DNA from: Acaryochloris marina S15
Lineage (GTDB): Bacteria > Cyanobacteriota > Cyanobacteriia > Thermosynechococcales > Thermosynechococcaceae
Length of the DNA stretch: 32,000 bases
Assembly (NCBI RefSeq): GCF_018336915.1
Contig: NZ_CP064923.1
Location: forward strand, 3,870,001-3,902,000
Reading direction: 5' to 3'
The position numbers were made by a program, and so were the translations under genes. This document shows positions 1 to 7,556 of the stretch, piece after piece. The notes beneath the pieces are model-generated. The model saw only the letters and a list, made by a program, of their open reading frames with translations, had not been told where the DNA came from and searched no databases. The stretch's first letter is position 1. Each line of letters begins with the position of its first letter.

Positions 1-107
1 TCGTTTAAATTAACCCAATCTGGTAAAAATATTGAATTGATTAGCACTTGGATGCCTAGCTTTTGGCGGTTGTGATATTCGCTATCCACCTGACAGATGA
101 CTGAGGC

Positions 108-1304
108 TCACTCAGGTAGAACTAAATCAAGGACTCGCAATAGGTTGAGTCCCATGATTTTACTAATCTCCCCAGTGGTAAATCCCTCTTCCTGCAATGC
201 TTCAGTGATTAAAGGCAAACCTGTAACATCAAAGGGTGAGCGCACTGCCCCATCAAAGTCAGACCCCAAACCGACATAGTCCACGCCTACCAGATCAGCA
301 ACATAACGGATGGCATGGGCAATAGACGATGCATCATTCCCACAAATTGCCGTTGGCCAATATCCAATCCCAATCACACCGCCCGTCTTTGCAATTGCCT
401 GAATTTGTTGATCAGAGAGGTTGCGCAAGTTATCGCAGGTTCCTTTCACTCCTGTATGAGAAACCACCACGGGCTGGTTACTCAGGGCAACAACTTCATC
501 AATGACTTGTGCAGAAGAATGAGCTAAATCTAACAGCAGATGTTGATCTTGGGCTTTTACAACGACCTGGCGTCCTAAACGGGTTAGACCCCCTTTTTGC
601 AGGCCATGGGCAGAGCCACCCACTTTAGTATCAAAAAAATGAGCCAGTCCTAACATCCTAAATCCAGCGTCGTAAAGGCGATCTATATTTTCTAATCGAC
701 CTTGTAAGGCATGAGCTCCCTCTAGTCCTAAAAGACCTGCGGTTAATTGGGGCTGCTGTTTTCGATCTTGAAGAAAAGACTTTAGGTCAGCTTGATTGTT
801 TAAAAGTCGAAACTGTTGTTGAGATTCAGCCAGGTTATGGAGCTTTTCCGCTTGATACAACGCTCTTTGTAATAGGCTGTTCCAAGTCGATAACGGCCAA
901 CGTTGAACAAGGGCTAGCTTCCAGATGTCATCAGATCGATGATCGTTATTCTCCAGCTTGAGATTAGTCGGCACTTTGGTGACAACGGTAAAGACTTGCA
1001 AAGCCACATTGGCATCCTGCAATCGTGGTAAATCAACATGCCCATACCGATGTTTCTGACTTAAATCCCGATGCCATAACAAAGAATCTGCATGAAAATC
1101 AGCAATCCACAATCCCTGATGAATCTGGCTCACTGAGTCTCCCACAGGGTAGGGTGGCCGTTGTAACACAGGGTTAAATCGCTGATCGATGAGGATGGGT
1201 AATTGAGCAAAGACGAGGGACACTGCGATGATTGCAAGTCCAATCAATCCCAATATGCTCCATCGACGTTTGCACCACCTAGAATCTCGTTTGCGTTTAG
1301 ACAT
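108..1304 (-). CDS. Membrane-anchored dipeptidase, peptidase family M19 (renal-dipeptidase-like)
   Basis: ORF 108..1343. A basic N-terminus and one TM helix are followed by M19-like motifs (FHADSL, VVVSHTG, GIGYWP, GLGSDFDG). The ORF-track start at 1343 is TTG; the first in-frame ATG (MSKRKRDS...) at 1304 is preferred. Confidence 0.8.
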   Translation of the reverse strand: MSKRKRDSRWCKRRWSILGLIGLAIIAVSLVFAQLPILIDQRFNPVLQRPPYPVGDSVSQIHQGLWIADFHADSLLWHRDLSQKHRYGHVDLPRLQDANVALQVFTVVTKVPTNLKLENNDHRSDDIWKLALVQRWPLSTWNSLLQRALYQAEKLHNLAESQQQFRLLNNQADLKSFLQDRKQQPQLTAGLLGLEGAHALQGRLENIDRLYDAGFRMLGLAHFFDTKVGGSAHGLQKGGLTRLGRQVVVKAQDQHLLLDLAHSSAQVIDEVVALSNQPVVVSHTGVKGTCDNLRNLSDQQIQAIAKTGGVIGIGYWPTAICGNDASSIAHAIRYVADLVGVDYVGLGSDFDGAVRSPFDVTGLPLITEALQEEGFTTGEISKIMGLNLLRVLDLVLPE

Positions 1305-1386
1305 TGTCAAAATGTTGACGAATGTTCTCCATGGTACTGGCAAGCACTAGGATTTATTCATCGACACCATAGGTTGCGTTGAACTG

Positions 1387-1872
1387 ATGAATCGGGGTCG
1401 CATTACTGTTTCTATCCTGATAATTAGCCTACTCACTGCTGGAGGGATGGCAATACAACTATTCCGGCAGCATCGTCAAAGCTATGTCCTAACCTTAGCG
1501 ACAGCAAGTCGATCCGGTGAATACTATAAATTTGGTCAAGCACTAGCAACGGTTGTCGCTCGCCATCATCCTCAGATCCGGATTAACGTCATTCATACAG
1601 AAGGCTCAGCGCAAAATCTGGAATTCATCGAATCAGGGGCAGCCCAGTTAGCCCTAATCCAGGGAGATTCATCGATCCAATCATCGGCGCAGGCTATGAC
1701 GTTACTTTTCCCTGAGACAGCTCATGTCCTAGTCAATAGACAGGCTAGCATCGAAACGATGGCAGATTTGCAAGGGAAAGCAGTTGCTTTGCCTCCCAAA
1801 GGGAGTGGTGCTTATCAATTATTTATGCCGATTGCCCAGCATTATGGCTTAAACCTACATTCAGCAGGCTAG
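1387..1872 (+). pseudogene. Truncated TAXI-family TRAP-transporter solute receptor (N-terminal half only)
   Basis: The 161-aa ORF has an N-terminal TM/signal segment and TAXI-like sequence (LTLATASRSGEYYKFGQALA...HTEGSAQNLEFIESGAAQLALIQGD). Full-length TAXI receptors are about 320 aa. The frame stops exactly where the transposase-like remnant begins, and no TRAP permease gene is adjacent. Confidence 0.65.
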
Positions 1873-2054
1873 CTAGCAGAGCAGATAATATTTTTTACAG
1901 CCCTTCCCAAGGAACGGCAAGATAAGTTGCTGCCTGCTGTTGAGCTTGATGAATGTAGGTTGAGTACTTCTGGCAAGCCCATTTGCATCATCATGTGGAG
2001 CAGGAGTACTACATCATCAATACGCTCAGTCGTAACGGTTAGTTGATCTGCCAT
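1869..2054 (-). mobile_element. Remnant of an IS4/IS1634-group transposase gene (N-terminal ~35 codons only)
   Basis: The first ~35 aa (MADQLTVTTERIDDVVLLLHMMMQMGLPEVLN) resemble the conserved N-terminus (..ER.DD.PLL....MGL...L) of cyanobacterial IS4-group DDE transposases, recalled from memory. The rest of the 61-aa ORF is unrelated low-complexity sequence and no DDE domain follows. Confidence 0.45.
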
Positions 2055-2288
2055 GACACAGTCCTAGCTTGATTGCTAGATGAGCATACGCTGATTATCT
2101 TTATGCGATTTGATTACGCGAACGTCAAGAGTCAACATTAATTAAAAAATCAACGAATTAGAAGCTCTCATTGATAAAGCCACCTGATAGACATGAGGTG
2201 AGCTTGACATTGTTTACTAGGTAAATGCAGGCTTAGAATATTCTATTTTTTCTTTGCAAGAAGTGATAAAAGCGGACTGGGTTAAGAT

Positions 2289-2332
2289 AAGGGCATGATA
2301 ATGTAGTATTTATACTACATTATCATGCCCTT
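2289..2332. repeat. 44-bp near-perfect palindrome (21-bp arms, 2-nt centre) 37 bp upstream of the nucleotidyltransferase cassette
   Basis: AAGGGCATGATAATGTAGTAT-TT-ATACTACATTATCATGCCCTT read directly from the sequence. It is followed by a T-rich tract (TTCCAATTTATTTT). Confidence 0.9.
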
Positions 2333-2368
2333 TCCAATTTATTTTAGAAAACTTGGAAACTACAACTC

Positions 2369-3304
2369 ATGAAACCCCATTTGATTGTGCCGGTGGGTAC
2401 CCAAGTGGTCAGCCGGGTCGATGTTAATACTGAGTCCGGTGTCTGTTTAGCAGGAGCTGTAGGCAAGATTGTTAGAACACCCACCGATAACTCCCATTCC
2501 TATGAGATTGAACTGCCCGATGGCCGCTGTTTACATTTACAGCGGCACCAGTTTAGCCTGCGCAAACAGTATCAAATCCAAGGGCTTCCCGACTTTTTAG
2601 CAGACTACAACTTGCAAGATTACGTGATTTATCGCTGTGTTGTCGGTTCGCGGGCCTATGGCTTGGATGATCAGTATTCAGATTGCGATCGCAGGGGCAT
2701 TTACCTCCCCCCAGCCCCCTTGCATTGGTCCCTGTATGGCATTCCCGAACAAATTGAAGATAAACCCGCTCAAGAATGCTATTGGGAGCTGCAGAAGTTT
2801 ATTGTTTTGGCCCTCAAAGCCAATCCCAATGTGCTGGAATGTCTCTATTCCCCCCTAATTGAAACAGCCACACCCCTAGCGCAAACGCTCCTGGACCAGC
2901 GGACGATGTTTTTATCCCGGTTGGTTTATCAAACCTACAATGGCTATGCCCTCTCCCAGTTCAAAAAAATGGAGCAGGACTTGCGGACCAAAGGCCACAT
3001 CCGTTGGAAACATGCCATGCATCTGATTCGGCTGCTGTTGTCTGGGATTACCGTCCTCAAGGAAGGGTTTGTCCCCGTGGATATGAGTGACTATCGCGAA
3101 AAACTGTTGGGGATAAAATACGAGCACTGGACTTGGTCCCAGGTGGATCAGTGGCGGCTACAGCTCCATCGGGAGTTTGAGCAAGCCTTTGCCCAAACCC
3201 AGCTACCAGAACGCCCCAATTATGAACAAGCCAACGCTTTTTTGATCGAAGCACGACAAAGCATGGTGCAAGACAAGGAGATCCAGTCATGGCAAATTCA
3301 ATGA
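2369..3304 (+). CDS. Pol-beta-superfamily nucleotidyltransferase (PF10127/RlaP-like) with an extra ~85-aa N-terminal beta-rich domain
   Basis: The 311-aa ORF carries the minimal NTase signature GSRAYGLDDQYSDCDRRG (G-S-x-x-Y-G ... SD-x-D) and a downstream LECLYSPLI helix shared with the third gene. Its stop overlaps the next gene's start (ATGA at 3301..3304). Confidence 0.75.
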   Translation: MKPHLIVPVGTQVVSRVDVNTESGVCLAGAVGKIVRTPTDNSHSYEIELPDGRCLHLQRHQFSLRKQYQIQGLPDFLADYNLQDYVIYRCVVGSRAYGLDDQYSDCDRRGIYLPPAPLHWSLYGIPEQIEDKPAQECYWELQKFIVLALKANPNVLECLYSPLIETATPLAQTLLDQRTMFLSRLVYQTYNGYALSQFKKMEQDLRTKGHIRWKHAMHLIRLLLSGITVLKEGFVPVDMSDYREKLLGIKYEHWTWSQVDQWRLQLHREFEQAFAQTQLPERPNYEQANAFLIEARQSMVQDKEIQSWQIQ

Positions 3305-3645
3305 TGGTAATTGCCCCCTATCGGTATGAAGAAATGTGGGTATTTGACGATCCGCAAGCGGGCTTGGTTCAAGAACCCTTTGTCAGCGGTATTCCCCAAA
3401 TGATCGATCGCTTAGTGATCGATATTCCAGAAGCTGACCAGGGATTTAAGCTGATTTTTGCTCAAACCCCTTTTCCGGGGTATCAGGCTCAGCTAGAGTG
3501 GCTGCGGCCAGAATTTGGTGGCCATTGGTATCGCTGGTCGGCAGAGAAGATGGATGGATGGCTCTGTCCAGCCCTGTTCAAATACTTTGCAGATGCACCG
3601 CCCCAGCTGTTTTGCCAAGCCGAGGCCAAATCCCATGATCTTTGA
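3289..3645 (+). CDS. Small conserved-looking protein of unknown function (Trp/aromatic-rich, no catalytic motif recognised)
   Basis: The 118-aa ORF is wedged between the two NTase genes and overlaps both. The start is either ATG 3289 or ATG 3301 (ATGA overlap with the upstream stop). Its stop at 3643..3645 lies 11 nt inside the next gene. Confidence 0.6.
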   Translation: MANSMMVIAPYRYEEMWVFDDPQAGLVQEPFVSGIPQMIDRLVIDIPEADQGFKLIFAQTPFPGYQAQLEWLRPEFGGHWYRWSAEKMDGWLCPALFKYFADAPPQLFCQAEAKSHDL

Positions 3646-4396
3646 TTTACCGCCTCAGCTTAAAGATGTCGTGGCACAACAGCCTTATCCCCTGCTGTTT
3701 GCCACCATTAGCGGTGCCCATTTGTATGGGTTTCCCTCTGCTGATTCAGACTATGACTTGCGAGGCGTTCATATCTTGCCCCTGAAGGAAGTGATGGGTC
3801 TACAGACAGGACCCGACACACGAGAAATCTCTGCCGATCAGGAGGGTATCGAGCTGGATCTGGTGACTCACGATGTCAAGAAATTTATGGGGTTGCTGCT
3901 AAAGCGAAATGGCTATGTGCTGGAGCAGCTCTACTCTCCACTGATTGTAGCGTCGTCTCCTGAGCATGATGCATTGAAAGAGATCGCAACCCGATGCATC
4001 ACTCGGCACCATAGTCATCACTACCTGGGATTTGCCCAGACCCAATGGCGACTCTTTACCAAAGAATCCCCAGCCCGAGTCAAGCCCCTGCTCTATGTCT
4101 TTCGGGTGCTACTAACAGGAATTCATCTGATGCAAACGGGCGAAATTGAAGCCAATCTCAGGCATTTGAACGAGAAATTTCAATTGCCTTATATTCCCGA
4201 TTTAATCGCCCAAAAATCATTTGGTCCAGAACAAGCCGTGATTAAAGAGACTGATCAGGGGTTCTACCACCAAGAATATAGTCGTCTTTTACAGTGCCTA
4301 GAAAATGCTAGCCAGTCCAGCATCCTCCCAGACAGCCCCTCTGCTGCAGCTGACCTCCATGATCTGTTGGTCAACATTCGGCTGGCTGCTTGTTGA
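3635..4396 (+). CDS. Pol-beta-superfamily nucleotidyltransferase (PF10127/RlaP-like), paralog of 2369..3304
   Basis: NTase signature GAHLYGFPSADSDYDLRG plus LEQLYSPLI. The ORF-track start at 3515 lies inside the previous gene; the in-frame ATG at 3635 (MIFDLPPQL...) gives a 253-aa protein beginning just before the NTase fold. Confidence 0.75.
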   Translation: MIFDLPPQLKDVVAQQPYPLLFATISGAHLYGFPSADSDYDLRGVHILPLKEVMGLQTGPDTREISADQEGIELDLVTHDVKKFMGLLLKRNGYVLEQLYSPLIVASSPEHDALKEIATRCITRHHSHHYLGFAQTQWRLFTKESPARVKPLLYVFRVLLTGIHLMQTGEIEANLRHLNEKFQLPYIPDLIAQKSFGPEQAVIKETDQGFYHQEYSRLLQCLENASQSSILPDSPSAAADLHDLLVNIRLAAC

Positions 4397-7300
4397 GGTG
4401 GGTTTTAACACAGTTAATTAGCTCTGGCGTCGAGAACCCTTTATTCAAATAATCGTTGGCCCCTAAGCGTTCTGCCTCTTTTCCCCATTCTTCAGAGAGT
4501 CGAGACGACACGACCAAAATCGGCATTTCCATATCGGACTGCCGACAGCGGTCAATTAACGTGAACCCATCCATATTGGGCATTTCTACGTCGGTAATCA
4601 TCATATCTGGCACGCCGTTGGCCTGCAGCCATTGCCAGGCCTCTAGGCCATCGCTGCAGGTAAAGGTCGCAAATCCGTAGGTATTCAGGCTGCTCTCCAA
4701 CCGCCGACGCATCAGGGCAGCATCATCCACCACCAAAATGGTTTGGACGTCCTGAGCCACTGGGGTACTGGGTTGTTCCTGAACTTTGCTGGTTTGGGGC
4801 TGTTGTTGAGCCAAAGACCGAGCAAGTTCCAGGGGATCTAAAATACTCAGCAACTGACCATCGGCTTGTAAACTTACCCCCATGAGGGCTGGTGGACTGA
4901 TGAGGGGATGGGGCAGAGGTTGAATGAGAAGTTCTTCTTGGCCCAACAAATCATCCGCAATTAACCAAACATCACTGTTGTCTAGCAGGGAGATGCGAAC
5001 ACAAATAGCCGTGTCCGACACTTGGGTTGATTCATGCCAAAATGCTGCCAACCCATAGCCCGGTGCAGAGCCTTCCTTCAGGGAGAGCTGCCAGGTTAGA
5101 TCACTGTCTTTTGGCGGCTGCAGTTGGTTCGCACTCGCCAAGAGGGTTTCCCGAATGTCATCTGTGGGTACCGCCACCGTCCGTTCCCCGACTTTGAGTA
5201 GGACACAAGGGACTAATAGCTGCGGAGCAGGAATTTCAATAATAAAAGTGGTGCCTTGTCCCAACTGGGTATCTAGCAGTAACCGGCCACCAATATTGGT
5301 AATTTGATTGGCAACCACATCCATGCCGACGCCTCGACCCGAGACTTCGCTAACGGAGCTGCGGGAGCTGAAACCGGGCTGGCAGAGCACAGCAATAATG
5401 TCGGCGGGCGTGTTGGTTTGGGTTAGGGGAAAGCCCCGCTCTTGGGCAATCTGACTAACTTTCTGACCATCAATCCCTTGACCATCGTCTTGCAGCAATA
5501 GCCGATATAAATTTCCTCGCCGCTCTAGGGTCATTTGAATGGTGGCCTGCACTGGCTTGCCGCGCTCTAGTCGCTCATCCATCGTCTCGATGCCATGGTC
5601 ATAGGCATTGCGGAGTAAGTGGAGCAAGGCCGGTTCGAGTTGTTGGACGACCCCTGCATCCAGTTCGACTTGCTCACCTTTAATGTCTAAACGGGCGGGC
5701 TTATCGTAGCGATTGGTCAAGTCTCGCAGGATGGCTCGGGCCCGGAGGGTGAGATTACTAAAGGGAACCAGGCGACTGGTTTCAATACCATCTTTGAGCT
5801 GAGTAATGTTGCGACTGAGCTGCCCCAAATTGCTGACGGTGTGTTGAGTAGTGCCTTCTAGCTCTGCCCCTAGCTCTGCCATCCGCAAGATATTTTCTAA
5901 GAGGCGATTAATGGTGGTGTAACCCTGGCGGTAACGTTCCATCGAGACGCCACTGTCAGAATCTTGCACGTCACTGATATCGCGCAACAAAGCATAGTCA
6001 TCCTGGAGTTGTCGGAGTCTAGAAATATATTCTGCGCTTTCTTGAGTAAGGGCCGTCAGTTGGGACAGTTGGGATTGGAGGGTTGAAGACTCATTAAAGG
6101 TTGACCGTGCCGTCAGCAGGGTCTCGACCACTTGTTGAGAGGATTGATTGAGTCGGCTTAAAGGAACCGGAATTTTGATTTCCCGCTTTGTGGGAGCCGG
6201 AGCTGCAGGAGCCGTAGATGGCTTAGCGCTAGGGAATAGGCCAGGCTGGGAGGATGACTCAACAGAGTCCGCTACAGCGGCGGGCAGATCTGGCAGATCG
6301 CCGGTGCCTAAATCTAGGTCGATGAGGTCATCGAAGTCCATGTCATCGGCTTCTGCCAAAAACTCATCGGACAAATCAGCCATATCATCTAGATCGGCCA
6401 TGTCATCCAGATCGGCTGCCTCAGATTGATCTTCAGCAATGGCACCAGAGAGGACAGATTCAGCAGGGGTCATTGCTGCCAGATCCAAGTCCATCTCATC
6501 GAAACTTAGATCAATATCCCCATCCAAGTCATCAAAGCTGAGATCTGCATCGAGATCGATATCTACATCTAGGTCATCAAAGCTAGTGTCAACCGCCCCT
6601 GGAGATACTGCTTCAGCTTCCTGAGCGGGGGAGGGGACTTGAATCGGTTCTTCTGGCAGTGATGTGATTAGCGTGTCGAACCGCTCTTGTTGGTCAGGGG
6701 TTAACTGACCACTTTGCTTAGCACAGTGCTTGAGTAAATCAAAGTACACCGGCCATTGCTGACGCCATACATCAGTCAATGGAAACTGCTGGAGCTGAGA
6801 GGCACTCTCTATCAGCTTGGACCAATCCTCTGCCAATTGGAGATCCTGACCAATTTGTTGGAGCTGGCTCAACATTTGCTGGGCCTTGGTCAAGGCTGGG
6901 GAGGAAACCTGGGGGGTATTCAGCTGATTGACAGCCATTTCTAGTTCTAAAATGACTAGATCGAAACCTTGTTCTGCAAATTCCTGATGAACTTGGGTCA
7001 ACTCATCCCAGTTGGGCAGATAGTTCAGCTGAATCTGCTCATGCAGGGTTTTGATGCGGTCAACCGTCGGAGTGACTGCAGTTTGGGCTTCGGGGCCCGA
7101 TAGCTGCAAACAACTCCCCAGAAGTTCACCTGCTTCTAGGAGCATGCGATGCAAGACCCCATCTTCTAGGGGAGGTGCTTCTTCTAAATAACGCAAATCA
7201 GAGAGCAGGTCCTCTAGGACCATGGCAGCATGGAGAACCGCATCGGCCCCTACCGTGACCGCACTCCCTTTAATCGTGTGGATAGCCCGATAGATATTCT

Positions 7301-7556
7301 GGATATCTGCAACCCAGGAGGCTGGATTGAGGGATTGAGAGAGCTGAAAATAGGACCGCAGATGCTCTTGACTGTCAATCTCGAACATGGCCTGCAGTTC
7401 TTTCTGCAGCTCAGCTTCAGGATCGCTGATTGCAGGATTGACGGGGGACGAATAGGAGAAGTCGGGGTCAGTCATCATCTCGGTAGGACGAAAAAGGTCG
7501 GTTTTATGGAGCGGTGGTTCGGTGAATCCAGTCCCCCTGTTAAGACTCAGCCGCAA
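4371..7556 (-). CDS. Hybrid CheA-like histidine kinase (Hpt - acidic linker - dimerisation/HATPase - CheW-like - C-terminal receiver); PilL/HmpE/PixL class
   Basis: Hpt motif HTIKGSAVTVGA, HATPase region (LLHLLRNAYDHGIE...GRGVGMDVV), a CheW-like domain and a C-terminal REC (ILVVDDAALMRR...DVEMPNMDG...). The true start may be the ATGATG at 7478 (MMTDPDF...), which would remove the 17-bp overlap with the upstream MCP. Confidence 0.9.
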   Translation of the reverse strand: MRLSLNRGTGFTEPPLHKTDLFRPTEMMTDPDFSYSSPVNPAISDPEAELQKELQAMFEIDSQEHLRSYFQLSQSLNPASWVADIQNIYRAIHTIKGSAVTVGADAVLHAAMVLEDLLSDLRYLEEAPPLEDGVLHRMLLEAGELLGSCLQLSGPEAQTAVTPTVDRIKTLHEQIQLNYLPNWDELTQVHQEFAEQGFDLVILELEMAVNQLNTPQVSSPALTKAQQMLSQLQQIGQDLQLAEDWSKLIESASQLQQFPLTDVWRQQWPVYFDLLKHCAKQSGQLTPDQQERFDTLITSLPEEPIQVPSPAQEAEAVSPGAVDTSFDDLDVDIDLDADLSFDDLDGDIDLSFDEMDLDLAAMTPAESVLSGAIAEDQSEAADLDDMADLDDMADLSDEFLAEADDMDFDDLIDLDLGTGDLPDLPAAVADSVESSSQPGLFPSAKPSTAPAAPAPTKREIKIPVPLSRLNQSSQQVVETLLTARSTFNESSTLQSQLSQLTALTQESAEYISRLRQLQDDYALLRDISDVQDSDSGVSMERYRQGYTTINRLLENILRMAELGAELEGTTQHTVSNLGQLSRNITQLKDGIETSRLVPFSNLTLRARAILRDLTNRYDKPARLDIKGEQVELDAGVVQQLEPALLHLLRNAYDHGIETMDERLERGKPVQATIQMTLERRGNLYRLLLQDDGQGIDGQKVSQIAQERGFPLTQTNTPADIIAVLCQPGFSSRSSVSEVSGRGVGMDVVANQITNIGGRLLLDTQLGQGTTFIIEIPAPQLLVPCVLLKVGERTVAVPTDDIRETLLASANQLQPPKDSDLTWQLSLKEGSAPGYGLAAFWHESTQVSDTAICVRISLLDNSDVWLIADDLLGQEELLIQPLPHPLISPPALMGVSLQADGQLLSILDPLELARSLAQQQPQTSKVQEQPSTPVAQDVQTILVVDDAALMRRRLESSLNTYGFATFTCSDGLEAWQWLQANGVPDMMITDVEMPNMDGFTLIDRCRQSDMEMPILVVSSRLSEEWGKEAERLGANDYLNKGFSTPELINCVKTHLNKQPAEC

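Noticed and set aside
3515-3634. N-terminal 40-codon extension of the second nucleotidyltransferase ORF
   Set aside because: It lies entirely inside the small middle gene in another frame and precedes the conserved NTase fold. The ATG at 3635 gives a protein collinear with its paralog.
6148-6624. Two plus-strand ORFs (93 and 61 aa) rich in Ser/Ala/Arg
   Set aside because: They are antisense shadows of the Asp-rich linker of the CheA-like gene. They show compositional mirroring only.
7479-7556. First 26 codons of the CheA-like ORF (MRLSLNRGTGF...)
   Set aside because: This is probably not coding. It overlaps the upstream MCP's 3' end, and the Hpt-containing protein plausibly starts at ATGATG 7478. 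It is kept only as an alternative start because no clear RBS discriminates between the two.
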